NCBI GenBank assembly: GCA_964016885.1
Contig: OZ024751.1
Location: forward strand, 42,222,001-42,286,000
Length of the DNA: 64,000 nucleotides
From: Eledone cirrhosa
Taxonomy: Eukaryota
Direction of reading: 5' to 3'
The notes under the pieces were generated by a model. The model did not search any database. It was given only the letters and a program-made list of their open reading frames with translations, and was not told the origin of the DNA. A program made the position numbers and the translations under genes. Each line of letters starts with the position of its first letter. Position 1 is the first letter of the stretch. Shown in pieces: positions 34,825 through 49,890 of this stretch.

Positions 34825-35400
34825 CAAATGCCGATTGCTGGCGTTAAAAACCAAAATATAGATTGATGTTGACTGTTATAATCCATGATGTAAAGAGATG
34901 TCATACATTTTTTAAAACGGTGCGAAAAGCTTGAGTTCCTTGCTCATACTTGTCCCGTTTGTAGCATAAGTATTAGTTGAAGTCTATCAACTTTGGCGGT
35001 GAATGCAAGGGACATAATTCAATAAACGTTAGGAGAAAAACTATGGTAACAAATTAGGAACATCACAAAAATGTTACTATCTTCTTAAAATAGTAAAAAA
35101 CTGGATTGACTTATTATGAAAAATGTAAAACTTTACAATATTTTTTCTATTTATACGAATATAATGTCTACTTAATATCGAAACTTGTTATTTAATTAAT
35201 CAGACGATAAAAATTAATTCTCGTTTGGGTTTCCATACATGTTGTTAGTTGACGATTAATGTTTTTTAAATATTTTTGCATGTCGAGGCGCGTCCTTTGA
35301 GTTTGTTACTAACGGCTTTCTTGGAGCTTCGCCGATACCTTGCTGTCAGCTTTTATGCTCGTTTCAGGATAATGTTTTAGCAAATTTTCATTACTTAGCG
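34825..35400. promoter_or_regulatory. Putative bidirectional HMGCR/PLK4 promoter and non-coding first exon of HMGCR
   Basis: Unique sequence between divergent genes; minus-strand donor TTG|GTAAGT at 34825/34824; TTTGGCGG 34992-34999; AAGGGACATAATTC 35007-35020; GGCGCG-tcc-TTTGAG 35287-35301; TAACGG 35310-35315. Confidence 0.55.
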
Positions 35401-35428
35401 ATGTGGGATTCGTCGTGTCTACTCAATA

Positions 35429-38400
35429 ATGGCAGATCCATACAGTTTTGGAGACAAAATCGAAGATTACAATGTATTGAATCTGCTCGGCAAAGGAGGT
35501 TTTGCATGTGTTTACCGTGCCAAATGTATGAGAACTGGACAAGATGTAGCTATAAAAATGATCGACAAGAAACTGATGAAGGCTGCCGATATGGTGACAA
35601 GGGTTCGAAAAGAAGTGGAGATCCATTCACGTATGAAACATCCAGCAGTTTTAGAACTCTATACCTACTTCGAAGACAAGAATTATGTCTACCTAGTATT
35701 AGAGTTGTGTCATCGGGGCGAATTGCATCGCTACCTGAAGGCATACAACAAAGTTCTTTCTGAAGAAGAAGCTGTCGTATTTATGGATCAAATTATTAGC
35801 GGGATGATCTATTTACATTCTCATAACATTCTTCATCGAGATCTAACTCTTGCTAATCTCTTACTTACCCGTGAAATGGATGTTAAGATCGCAGATTTTG
35901 GCCTAGCTACTCAACTCCAGATGCCCGATGAAAAACACTTTACTATGTGTGGAACACCGAATTACATTTCCCCCGAGGTAGCTATGCGTACATCTCATGG
36001 ATTAGAAGCAGATGTTTGGTCCCTTGGATGTATGTTATACACATTCCTTGTTGGAAGCCCTCCTTTTGATACAGAGGCAGTTAAAAGCACTCTGAACCGG
36101 GTTATTATGGTCGAGTACAACATACCCAGTCACCTTTCTCCGGAGGCTAAAGATCTGATCCAGTTGCTGTTGCGGAAAGATCCGAAAGAAAGAATAGCTC
36201 TTTCGGAAATCCCTGATCATCCTTTTATGAAGAAGAGATACCCATTAAGCTATCGTCGTCGGTGCCACCAGAATTATTCTGAGGCCTCGATAGATAGTGG
36301 TAAAGGTACAATGAGTACCGGGACGAACAACTGGAGCCGTAATATAAGCCATTCTACGAATGGTTCCAGGAACCGGCCTTTTCTTGGATTGCCTATCCAG
36401 GAAATACAAAGTTACATCTCAGAAAAAGACGATTGCAGTTCAGAATTCTCTCCAGAAAATAACAATGTGTTTCCACAAAAATTTCACCAAGGTAAATATT
36501 TTGACGTCCACCCGTCTGTTCTCTCTGCTTCGTCCTCGTCTACACGGAATGACAACAGAACTAACCAAAGATTCGGTGATCAGGCGGCTTTCTACCATGG
36601 AAGTTCTACAAAACCACCCCTCCTCTTAGAATCTCATCAACATAAGGTACTGTTGAACAAAAATTATATTCCAAATTCATATAATCATCAAGTAAATCTA
36701 AATGATTGTAATTATAACAACACTAATAACGCTCAGTGGGAGCGAATTGCAAGTGGTGATAAACCTTTTTACGAAATGGATGAACCTAACTTGAATCCTG
36801 CTAAATACCCAGAAAATTCCAGGAGTACTTGTAGCCTCTCATGCAGTGGATCTTTATGCAGTAACAATGCTAATTTGTTATCTAGTGACCCAAGTTCAGG
36901 TAGCCAACGAAATTTATCTGACCATAGTAGTAGCAACTCTTTATATATGCAACCCGGTACGGGCGTTACCTCAGATACATCGTCTGAAGGTAGCAATCCG
37001 GATATTGCACTAAGAACGAAAGGGCATACGGGGACTGTATCGAAAATGGCATTTGATAAAAATACTAGATTAAAAGAAGAGTCGCCTGTGCTTTCTGTAA
37101 AGAAAAGTGAGTGTGTTGAAGAAGAAGAAAGTAGAAATCCAAATGGTAAAAATGGAAGTTTGTCAAAAGACCAGTCCAACCATTATACTGAACTACCCTC
37201 ACATGCCGTTTCACCACTTACATCAATGCGATTGCGACCTATTAGACAACGTACCAAAACAGCTTTTGTCAGCATCCTTGATACTGGAGATGTGTGCTTG
37301 GAATTTGTAAAGAATCGGATCAAGGAGGAGTACATAGCAGAGATATTCTTGATTTCTCAAGATGGACATACTGTAACAATATACCAGTCTAACAATGGAC
37401 AAAAACTTAATGCCAATCAAGTCCCTCCCCCTCATTCGGCAAATGTCGCTAAAAAAACATTTAATTTGCAGTCCCTTCCTGACAAATACCTGAAAAAATA
37501 TCAGTATGCATCTAAGTTTGTTAATCTTGTTAGATCAAAGACTCCAAAGGTGACATTATACACTACAAAGGCAAAATGTATGTTAATGGAAAATCATCCA
37601 GAACCTGATTTCGAAGCCGATTTATATGATGGTGCTAAATTTACTATTTCATCTTCAGGAATCAGGATCATAGAGAGCAATGGTACTTCCCTCCTATTGG
37701 AATCTGGTGAAACTGGTCAGCGCTTTAGTAGTGAAACACAGAAGTTATTGGCTTATGTGAAAGATTGCCGCCATCGTTGTATTGAATTAGAGCAAGTCAT
37801 AAGTGGAATTGAGCAAAGTTGTAAGATGGAGGACAACTTTTTCCCTGTAATAGTTGGACGTAAACCGAATATACCACCTGTTGCTAATGTTAAAACAGAC
37901 GACAAAGTTATAGTCAAGAGTGCCAAAGACTGTACGAAACCCATTGTTATTCCAAGTGAATGTCCCAGAGATGTGGGCAGTTCCTTGGATGGAACTTACT
38001 CAAACAGTTACTTGACAACAACGCCAAACTCTACATGTGACAGCTCCCTACACACGAAACCCTCATCAAACAAGCCCAGTGGCCACTGCGTCACATCTGA
38101 TCTCGCATCCGGTACATCTTCCAATCATACTAGTTGCAACAGCTCCTCTCATAACATACACAATAGTAGAATGGTACGCCAGGTTTTCGTTCCGAACGTT
38201 GGTTGGTCGTTCCAGTACATGAGCGGGGAGATCTGGATCAAATATAACGACGGCACCCAGCTAGGTGTAAAACCCTCAGGGCAAACATTTAAATACGTAG
38301 ATGTTGATTGTAAAACGGCTAAATACCAGAAGACTGATGTGTTACCGAGTTTTGTTAAAAAGAAATTAGAAACAGTTCCATTTGTGGTTAAAAGTTTGTT

Positions 38401-38431
38401 GTCAGATAACAAAATGTCTGAAATTCCATGA
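35429..38431 (+). CDS. PLK4: Serine/threonine kinase PLK4 (SAK), 1000 aa, single uninterrupted ORF
   Basis: Kinase motifs [26 protein letters not shown] and [12 protein letters not shown]; degron DSGKGT; cryptic polo box ([32 protein letters not shown]); PB3 (FVPNVGW...YNDGTQL). Confidence 0.97.
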   Translation: MADPYSFGDKIEDYNVLNLLGKGGFACVYRAKCMRTGQDVAIKMIDKKLMKAADMVTRVRKEVEIHSRMKHPAVLELYTYFEDKNYVYLVLELCHRGELHRYLKAYNKVLSEEEAVVFMDQIISGMIYLHSHNILHRDLTLANLLLTREMDVKIADFGLATQLQMPDEKHFTMCGTPNYISPEVAMRTSHGLEADVWSLGCMLYTFLVGSPPFDTEAVKSTLNRVIMVEYNIPSHLSPEAKDLIQLLLRKDPKERIALSEIPDHPFMKKRYPLSYRRRCHQNYSEASIDSGKGTMSTGTNNWSRNISHSTNGSRNRPFLGLPIQEIQSYISEKDDCSSEFSPENNNVFPQKFHQGKYFDVHPSVLSASSSSTRNDNRTNQRFGDQAAFYHGSSTKPPLLLESHQHKVLLNKNYIPNSYNHQVNLNDCNYNNTNNAQWERIASGDKPFYEMDEPNLNPAKYPENSRSTCSLSCSGSLCSNNANLLSSDPSSGSQRNLSDHSSSNSLYMQPGTGVTSDTSSEGSNPDIALRTKGHTGTVSKMAFDKNTRLKEESPVLSVKKSECVEEEESRNPNGKNGSLSKDQSNHYTELPSHAVSPLTSMRLRPIRQRTKTAFVSILDTGDVCLEFVKNRIKEEYIAEIFLISQDGHTVTIYQSNNGQKLNANQVPPPHSANVAKKTFNLQSLPDKYLKKYQYASKFVNLVRSKTPKVTLYTTKAKCMLMENHPEPDFEADLYDGAKFTISSSGIRIIESNGTSLLLESGETGQRFSSETQKLLAYVKDCRHRCIELEQVISGIEQSCKMEDNFFPVIVGRKPNIPPVANVKTDDKVIVKSAKDCTKPIVIPSECPRDVGSSLDGTYSNSYLTTTPNSTCDSSLHTKPSSNKPSGHCVTSDLASGTSSNHTSCNSSSHNIHNSRMVRQVFVPNVGWSFQYMSGEIWIKYNDGTQLGVKPSGQTFKYVDVDCKTAKYQKTDVLPSFVKKKLETVPFVVKSLLSDNKMSEIP

Positions 38432-38474
38432 TGATACATTCCTCCTCATTTACTATTTATATACCTATCTATCT

Positions 38475-40072
<1,598 letters not shown>

Positions 40073-40963
40073 GTGTGTGTGTGTAGTCGGACTTATCACT
40101 ACAAATTCTAAGACTATTACTAATTGCATATGACCTCTTGCGTTTCCTTACACCCACACACCCACCTTAGTGACAGCCAGGTTACCTAGATTTTGATGGT
40201 TTTTTTATATATACACTTCAATCATGCAATTTTAATTAAGCTTTTTCACTTTGAACCCCACCCCACCCTAACCTCACCTCACCTCACCTCACCTCTCCTC
40301 TCTCTTCTCAATTTCTATCACGCCTTGGAATATTTTCAAAACTTTATTTTTATCTATTTATTGATATTTTACTCTTATCACCTTAATCACACTCTCCGCT
40401 TTACCCCCACCCCCTGTGCTTACCCCCCTCCACCACCCACCTTCCCACCTGGATTTTATCATTTACCTATTGATCTACTTTTAAATATTGCACACAAAAG
40501 AGAATAGCTTTTTTTTTTTTTTTTTTTTTTTTTAAATAAATAGAAAGAAAGAAAGAATGAAAGATGTCCCTATTTGCTGCTCTTCCAAAAATGAAAGAAA
40601 CCCCCCCCCCAATTTTTGTAGTCTTCCCTTTTTCTATGGCGATTCATTTTATACTTCAATTTTAATGTGTTTCAAATGTTATTTGAAAAGATTCATACAT
40701 TTTTATGTTATTTAAATGTTTAGCACTTTGATATAAAAAAAAATCAAACAAAAACTAATATCATGCCAATTATTGATATCTCTTGTGTATAAAATATGGA
40801 GTGGTTAGTAATAATGTTCACGGGTGTGTGTGTGTGTGTATGTGTGTATGGGTCAGTTTATGTGTCTGTGTGTGTGTATGTGTGAGTCTCTGAGTGAGTT
40901 TCTGTGTCTGTGTTTGAGCCTGTGTGTGTGAGAGAGAATCCCCAAATAAGGGACCCAAATATA

Positions 40964-41002
<39 letters not shown>

Positions 41003-41319
41003 CCTTTAATTATGCAGTAACTGCATCAGTGCCTCTTAATTAGTCATTATTTAAGGGCAAAGGAAACCCAAACAAATAGAAACAACCCCTTTTTCTCTGC
41101 AGTTTTTCATTCACATTATTGCGCAAATGTCTATTTCTTCTTTTTTTAAATGCTTTACACACCTGTTTTTTACCTGCATAATTACCCCCTTTTGTAGTTT
41201 ATCACTTAACGACTGTTTTGAGATTGATTTTTTTTCTTGTTCTTTTAAATGAGAAATGCTTTTTATTGATTTCTTTATAACTGGTCAAATTATCAGTGGT
41301 TTCTCACCCTTATTTCTTT

Positions 41320-41820
41320 CACCATTACGATGACCACCACTACCACCACCATTACTATGGCCACCACCACCACCATTACGATGACCACCACCACCACCAT
41401 TACTATGGCCACCACCACCACCACCATTACTATGGCCACCACCACCACCATTACGATGACCACCACCACCACCACCATTACGATGACCACCACCACCACC
41501 ACCATTACGATGACCACCACCACCACCATTACTATGGCCACCACCACCATTACTACCACTGTGACCACTACCATTATGGCCACCACCACCATTACTACCA
41601 CTGTGACCACCGCCATTATCACAACTACCACCACAACCACTATGATGACGACCTCCACCACCATTACCAACTCTATGACCACCACTACCACTACAAACAC
41701 TACCACTAATACCACCACCACTACCACCACCACCACTACCACCATCACCACCACCACCACTACCATTACCACTACCACTAATACCACCACCACTACCACT
41801 ACCACCACCACCACCACTGC
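41320..41820. repeat. (CAC)n-derived degenerate trinucleotide repeat
   Basis: Direct inspection. Confidence 0.95.
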
Positions 41821-41889
41821 AGCACCTCTGCTACAATTCTAAAGCAAACTTGTCCAGAACTACAGTTTCCAACTACTCCTTGCCAAACA

Positions 41890-41926
<37 letters not shown>

Positions 41927-42132
41927 TAACAATTAAACACACACACACACACATACTAACAATTAAACACACACACACACACATACTAACAATTACACAC
42001 ACACACACACACACACATACTAACAATTACACACACACACACACACACACATACTAACAATTGATTTATTAACCAAACATTCATACATACTATTCAGACT
42101 CCATCATTATTTTATTTATTTATTTTTTACAC

Positions 42133-45100
42133 CAACTCAACACCAACATGCACTCAACACCTACATACCCTCAACACCAACATGCACTCAACACCTACAT
42201 ACCCTCAACACCAACATGTACTCAACACCTACATACCCTCAACACCAACATGTACTCAACACCTACATACCCTCAACACCTATATACCCTCAACACCTAC
42301 ATACCCTCAACACCAACATGCACTCAACACCAACATGCACTCAACACCTACATACCCTCAACACCAACATGCACTCAACACCAACATGCACTCAACACCT
42401 ACATACCCTCAACACCAACATGCACTCAACACCAACATGCACTCAACACCTACATACCCTCAACACCAACATGCACTCAACACCTACATACCCTCAACAC
42501 CTACATACCCTCAACACCAACATGCACTCAACACCTACATACCCTCAACACCAACATGCACTCAACACCAACATGCACTCAACACCTACATACCCTCAAC
42601 ACCAACATGCACTCAACACCAACATGCACTCAACACCTACATACCCTCAACACCAACATGCACTCAACACCTACATACCCTCAACACCAACATGCACTCA
42701 ACACCTACATACCCTCAACACCTACATACCCTCAACACCTACATACCCTCAACACCAACATGCACTCAACACCTACATACCCTCAACACCAACATGCACT
42801 CAACACCTACATACCCTCAACACCTACATACCCTCAACACCTACATACCCTCAACACCTACATACCCTCAACATGCACTCAACACCTACATACCCTCAAC
42901 ACCTACATGCACTCAACACCTACATACCCTCAACACCAACATGCACTCAACACCTACATACCCTCAACACCAACATGCACTCAACACCTACATACCCTCA
43001 ACACCTACATACCCTCAACACCTACATACCCTCAACACCAACATGCACTCAACACCAACATGCACTCAACACCTACATACCCTCAACACCTACATACCCT
43101 CAACACCTACATACCCTCAACACCTACATACCCTCAACACCTACATACCCTCAACACCTACATGCACTCAACACCTACATGCACTCAACACCTACATACC
43201 CTCAACACCAACATGCACTCAACACCTACATACCCTCAACACCAACATGCACTCAACACCTACATACCCTCAACACCAACATGCACTCAACACCTACATA
43301 CCCTCAACACCTACATACCCTCAACACCTACATACCCTCAACACCAACATGCACTCAACACCAACATGCACTCAACACCTACATACCCTCAACACCTACA
43401 TACCCTCAACACCTACATACCCTCAACACCTACATACCCTCAACACCTACATACCCTCAACACCTACATACCCTCAACATGCACTCAACACCTACATACC
43501 CTCAACACCAACATGCACTCAACACCAACATGCACTCAACACCAACATGCACTCAACACCTACATACCCTCAACACCTACATACCCTCAACACCTACATA
43601 CCCTCAACACCTACATACCCTCAACACCTACATACCCTCAACACCTACATACCCTCAACATGCACTCAACACCTACATACCCTCAACACCAACATGCACT
43701 CAACACCAACATGTACTCAACACCTACATACCCTCAACACCTACATACCCTCAACACCTACATGCACTCAACACCTACATACCCTCAACACCTACATACC
43801 CTCAACACCTACATACCCTCAACACCTACATACCCTCAACACCTACATACCCTCAACATGCACTCAACACCTACATACCCTCAACACCAACATGCACTCA
43901 ACACCAACATGCACTCAACACCAACATGCACTCAACACCTACATACCCTCAACACCTACATACCCTCAACATGCACTCAACACCTACATACCCTCAACAC
44001 CAACATGCACTCAACACCAACATGTACTCAACACCTACATACCCTCAACACCTACATACCCTCAACACCTACATGCACTCAACACCTACATACCCTCAAC
44101 ACCTACATACCCTCAACATGCACTCAACACCTACATACCCTCAACACCAACATGCACTCAACACCTACATACCCTCAACACCTACATACCCTCAACACCT
44201 ACATGCACTCAACACCTACATACCCTCAACATGCACTCAACACCTACATACCCTCAACACCTACATACCCTCAACACCAACATGCACTCAACACCTACAT
44301 ACCCTCAACACCTACATACCCTCAACACCTACATACCCTCAACACCAACATGCACTCAACACCTACATACCCTCAACACCTACATACCCTCAACACCAGC
44401 ATGCACTCAACACCTACATACCCTCAACACCTACATACCCTCAACATGCACTCAACACCTACATACCCTCAACACCTACATACCCTCAACACCTACATAC
44501 CCTCAACACCTACATACCCTCAACACCAACATGCACTCAACACCTACATACCCTCAACACCTACATACCCTCAACACCAGCATGCACTCAACACCTACAT
44601 ACCCTCAACACCTACATACCCTCAACATGCACTCAACACCTACATACCCTCAACACCAACATGCACTCAACACCAACATGTACTCAACACCTACATGCAC
44701 TCAACACCTACATACCCTCAACATGCACTCAACACCTACATACCCTCAACACCTACATACCCTCAACACCTACATACCCTCAACACCAACATGTACTCAA
44801 CACCTACATACCCTCAACATGCACTCAACACCTACATACCCTCAACACCTACATACCCTCAACACCTACATACCCTCAACATGCACTCAACACCTACATA
44901 CCCTCAACACCTACATACCCTCAACACCAACATGTACTCAACACCTACATACCCTCAACACCTACATACCCTCAACACCAACATGCACTCAATACCAACA
45001 TGCACTCAACACCTACATACCCTCAACACCTACATACCCTCAACACCTACATACCCTCAACACCAACATGTACTCAACACCTACATACCCTCAACATGCA

Positions 45101-45330
45101 CTCAACACCTACATACCCTCAACACCAACATGCACTCAATACACTGATGCACTCAACACCTACATACCCTCAACATGCACTCAACACCTACATACCCTCA
45201 ACACCAACATGCACTCAATACACTGATGCACTCAACACCTACATACCCTCAACATACACTCAACACCTACATACCCTCAACACCTACATACCCTCAACAC
45301 CAGCATGCACTCAACACCAGCATACACTAA
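42133..45330. repeat. 3.2-kb 17-bp minisatellite with interspersed variants
   Basis: Units ctcaacacctacatacc and ctcaacaccaacatgca, plus 11-bp ctcaacatgca. Confidence 0.98.
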
Positions 45331-46049
45331 TGTTTCTGTTGTTGTTACTATGGCGGTGAATTGGCAGAATCGGTAGAGTGTCGGCTGCCATGCTTTGTTA
45401 CATGTAGTTACAGCCCTTTACATTCTGAGTTCAATTCCTGTCGAGGTTCACTTTTTACCTTTCATCCTTACGGGGGTCGATAAAATAAAGTAAAGTACCA
45501 GTAATACACCAGGTTCGATTGAATCGACTCCCCCCCCCCCCTCCTCCCAAATTGCTGGCCTTGAGCCTATACAAGAAACCATTATCTTCCTCCTTCTTCC
45601 TTTTGCTGCTAACTATTCACACTCTGTTTTGTATATAAAGACATTTCATCTTCCTTTGTTGGTCTTTTGGCCTCCAAAACCAAATAAAAAAAAGTAATTA
45701 ACTAACAAAAACAAACCAACCTAGCTGACGTTTGGACACTTGTGTGACCCATGCTCAGGGTTAGTTCCATGTGAAATCTGTTTCCTACTGTGTGTAGCTA
45801 TGTGTGTATGTTTGTGGCTATATGTGTACCTATGTGTGTGTGTGTGTTTGTGGTTATGTGTGTGTGTATGTGGCTGTGTGTGTGTGTGTGTGTGTGTGTG
45901 CTGGATGTGTTTAGAATGTGTTTACTCGCAAATATAATTTTTGTATTAAAATGTTTAAAACTTATAAAACTACAACAAAACAAATTTTATATTATTTTAT
46001 ATTTTATCAATATTGTCAGCATTGGTTATATTACTCTTGTTGTTTATGT

Positions 46050-46101
<52 letters not shown>

Positions 46102-46111
46102 ATATATGTAC

Positions 46112-46157
<46 letters not shown>

Positions 46158-46441
46158 TCATTGTTTTTCCATCATCTTCTTCATGTTGATTAAAAGTAAT
46201 TATATTAAGAGTGACTACTGCTATCAATATTAATAACAAAAAGGTGGTGGATTGACAGAATCGATGGAGCATCGGACCAAAATACTTTGTAGTATTTAGT
46301 CACGGCTCTTTATACTAAGAGGTCAACTTTGCCAAACTTCCTGCTAGGATCAATATCGTCCACTTTTCTACTTCCACCAAATTGCAGGCCTTGTGCCAAT
46401 GTTAAATATAATAATTATAATATTATATTGTTTTCTTGTTA

Positions 46442-46473
<32 letters not shown>

Positions 46474-46578
46474 CAGAGTCAATAAGATAGATACCAGTTA
46501 TATACTAACGTGCTATGGTTGATACAGAGGATTATGTCCCCCGTTTCCTTGAGCAATTCTTATCTAAGTAAGAAAATG

Positions 46579-47011
46579 TTAACCTTTTAGCATTTACATT
46601 ACTCTGTATTTACTGTTGTATTTTCACAGTAAACACTTTATTTCACATAATTATCTCACATTGTTTCGAATCTACAAGATTTTGTTGTTATTTATTTTGG
46701 GAATAATACTGAAACATCAGTATGGGCAGCCAGTTATGGCCAGTTTGAACAGAAAGAGGTGAGCGAATTCTGGCCGGTTTGAACAGAAAGAGGTGAGAGA
46801 TTTCTGGTCGGTTTGAACAGAAAGAGGTGAGAGATTTCTGGCCGGTTTGAACAGAAAGAGGTGAGAGAATTCTGGTCGGTTTGAACAGAAAGAGGTGAGA
46901 GAATTCTGGCCGGTTTGAACAGAAAGAGGTGAGAGATTTCTGGTCGGTTTTAACAGAAAGAGGTGAGAGAATTCTGGTTGGTTATGGCTGGTTTAAATGC
47001 TAAAGGGTTAA
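46579..47011. mobile_element. piggyBac-type MITE with an internally amplified 34-bp unit (~7 copies)
   Basis: TTAA ends; unit ggtttgaacagaaagaggtgagagaattctggcc is single-copy in the other family members. Confidence 0.88.
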
Positions 47012-48134
47012 AGAAAAGAAAAGGAATTGATTGACAAGTTTCCACATCTCATTTGCTTACTGAGTTGGGTGGAGCTTGTCAAATGAGACCAAGGAAACAA
47101 TGTATCCATTGGTTTTTCCATTGCTGTTACTATCTTCCAGTCATGACTCCTGGTAGATAAATATTAGTCTAACATTAATATTGATACTTTTAATACTAAG
47201 ATTTTCATAACAGATAAGATATAGTCTAATAAATTGATTCCAGTGTATTACTACTACTTAATATAAATATAATGATCTCTAAATCAATAAAATAACAGTA
47301 TTATCAACATCATTTCAAGTTCAATACTAATATTATCAGATTAACAGTATTGGTAGAGTGTCGGACATTACATAGAGTTATGTCTGTTTACATTCTCAGT
47401 TCAAATCCAGCCGAGATTAGCTTTGCCCTTCATCATTACAGGGCTGGTAAAATAAAGTACCAGTAATACACTGGGGTCAATTTAATCGACTTTCCCCCTC
47501 CCACCCAAATTGTTGATCGTGTGCCTAAATCAGAAAATAATAATTATTATTATTATTGTTATTATTATTATTATCATCATTATTATTATTATTATTATTG
47601 TTAATGTTGTTGGTAGGCAGTTGATTGACAGCAGAATCGGTAGAGCTTCGAACAAAATGCTTCACAGAGTACAAAACCTGCCAAGGTCATCTCTGCCTTT
47701 TATCCTTCCATGGTCAATGAAATATAAATAGTACCAGTTACATAATGAGGTTGATATATATATAAATATATACAATTGACTTTCCCCTTTTCAACCAAAT
47801 TGCTGGCCTTGTGCCTATGTTAAAAAGAAAAAAAATACTATTAATGTTTGTTTGTTTGTTTTTATGTTGAAAAAGAAAAAAACCTGGAGAAAAAAAGAAA
47901 ACTGTAAAGAACTTTGTATTTATCTTATTAACTAAATTGTTCACCTTGATATTTATCTAGTGTATTAGAAATATGAACACGAGATCCTCCAAAGGAAAAT
48001 ACTTATTTCCTTCAAAGAAAATGTTGACACTCCAATAAATATAAATTCATCTCAATCTTGAAATTTACTTTATTTATTTTTATTTATTTATGACATTTTA
48101 AAATTTATTCTGTTTGTTGTTTTAAAAAAAAACT

Positions 48135-48304
48135 TACTGTATTTACTGGTGCCGAAGACGCTTTGTCCTCGAGGATGCATCCTAATTTTGACAACCAAAA
48201 TTTTGAAAAAAAATACTAAACGACCTTCGACCTCCAGGATGCATGGTAGATTTTTTAGACTTATTTTAGGAAAAAAGTAGCGTCTTCGATGCTGAGAAAT
48301 ACAG
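48135..48304. mobile_element. pogo/Tc1-like MITE
   Basis: Imperfect TIRs ctgtattt...cgaagacgc / gcgtcttcg...aaatacag, preceded by TA. Confidence 0.55.
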
Positions 48305-49044
48305 AGGCTTAAATTTACACTCTTTCATTTTGTGTTCTTTCTGTCATCATCATCATCATCACCGTTTTACGTCCGTTCTTCCACGCTAGCATGGGTTAGA
48401 CGGGTTGTCCTGTTGAGGGCAGTGTCTGGTCGGCTAACCATGCCTTGCTCATACAGGAACTGATTTGGCTTGATTTCTACAGCTGGATGCCCTTCCTAAC
48501 ACCAACCTCATTTACAGTGAGTGCTGGGTGCTTTTTCGTGGTGCCTACATGTCCACTTTACAGTGTGGGCTGGGTGCTTTTTTGCCGTGGGACCTCCACA
48601 ACCACCTTGCAGTGGGAGGGTGTGGGGGCATATTGTCTATATGCTTCAGCTTGTACCCATGGGAGGTCGGGTACTCTGTATTACTGCGTGACGCCAGAGG
48701 TCACGGTCGTGTGTCATCGAACCGCCAGAGGTCACGGTCGTGTGTTAAGTTTAACCCTTTAATGTTCAAACTGACCAGAATGCTCTACCCTATTCTGTTG
48801 AAACTGGCTGTAACTGGTCGTTCAAACTGATGTTAAGGTATTGTTCTCAAAATAAATATTATGTAAGATAAAGCCTTTACCATGAAAATATAATAGTATA
48901 TATAGAGTAATGTGAATGCTAAAGGGTTAAGCAAATGCAATATGGAGTCCACCTTGAAAATACCTTTAAAGGATATAAAACTTGCCTTCAGCTCACTGAA
49001 AAGAAGTTATTGTTGCTGTTGTTGTTATCCACACCCTCGTTATC

Positions 49045-49890
49045 ATCTATCATCATCGTGATCATGATCGTTACCATTTCCACCACCATCAGCACCGCTA
49101 CCATCATCATTACCACCATCAGCACCACCACCACTACCATCATTACCACCACCACAACCATCATCACCAACACCACCACCACTACCATCATCACCACCAC
49201 CATCAGCACCACCATCACCACTGCCACAAATACCACTACCATCATCACCACCACCATCAGCACCACCACCACTGCCACCAATACCATCATTACCACCACC
49301 ACTACCATCATCACCACCACCACCACCACCACTACCATCATCACCACCACCATCAGCACCACCACCACTGCCACCAATACCATCACCACCACCACCACTA
49401 CCATCATCACCACCACCACTACCACAACCATCAGCACTACCATCATCGCCACCACCAACACCATTACCACCATCAACATCACCACCACTGCCACCAATAC
49501 CATCACCACCACCACCACCACCGCTACCATCACCACTACAACCATCACCACCACCAGTACCATCATCACCACCACCATCACCACCACAACCATCATCACC
49601 ACCACCACCACCACAACCATCATCACCACCACTACCATTATCACCATCACTACTACCACCACCACTACTACCACCACCACCACTACCATTATCACCACCA
49701 TCACCACTGCCACCACCATTAGCATCACCACTATCACTACTGTCATCACCACCACCACCACCACTACCATCACCACCACCATCACCACCACCACAACCAT
49801 CATCACCACCACTACCATTATCACTACCACGACCACTACTACCATCACCACCACCACCACTGCCACCACCACCACCACCATTAGCATCAT
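49045..49890. repeat. (CAC/CAT)n degenerate trinucleotide repeat
   Basis: Direct inspection. Confidence 0.95.

Noticed and set aside
34400-35400. Canonical sterol regulatory element (ATCACCCCAC) upstream of HMGCR
   Set aside because: No convincing match found by eye; only weak partial motifs.
42148-45359. Three overlapping ~1000-aa ORFs
   Set aside because: All three frames are open because the plus strand of the 17-bp satellite lacks stop codons; no splice or domain evidence.
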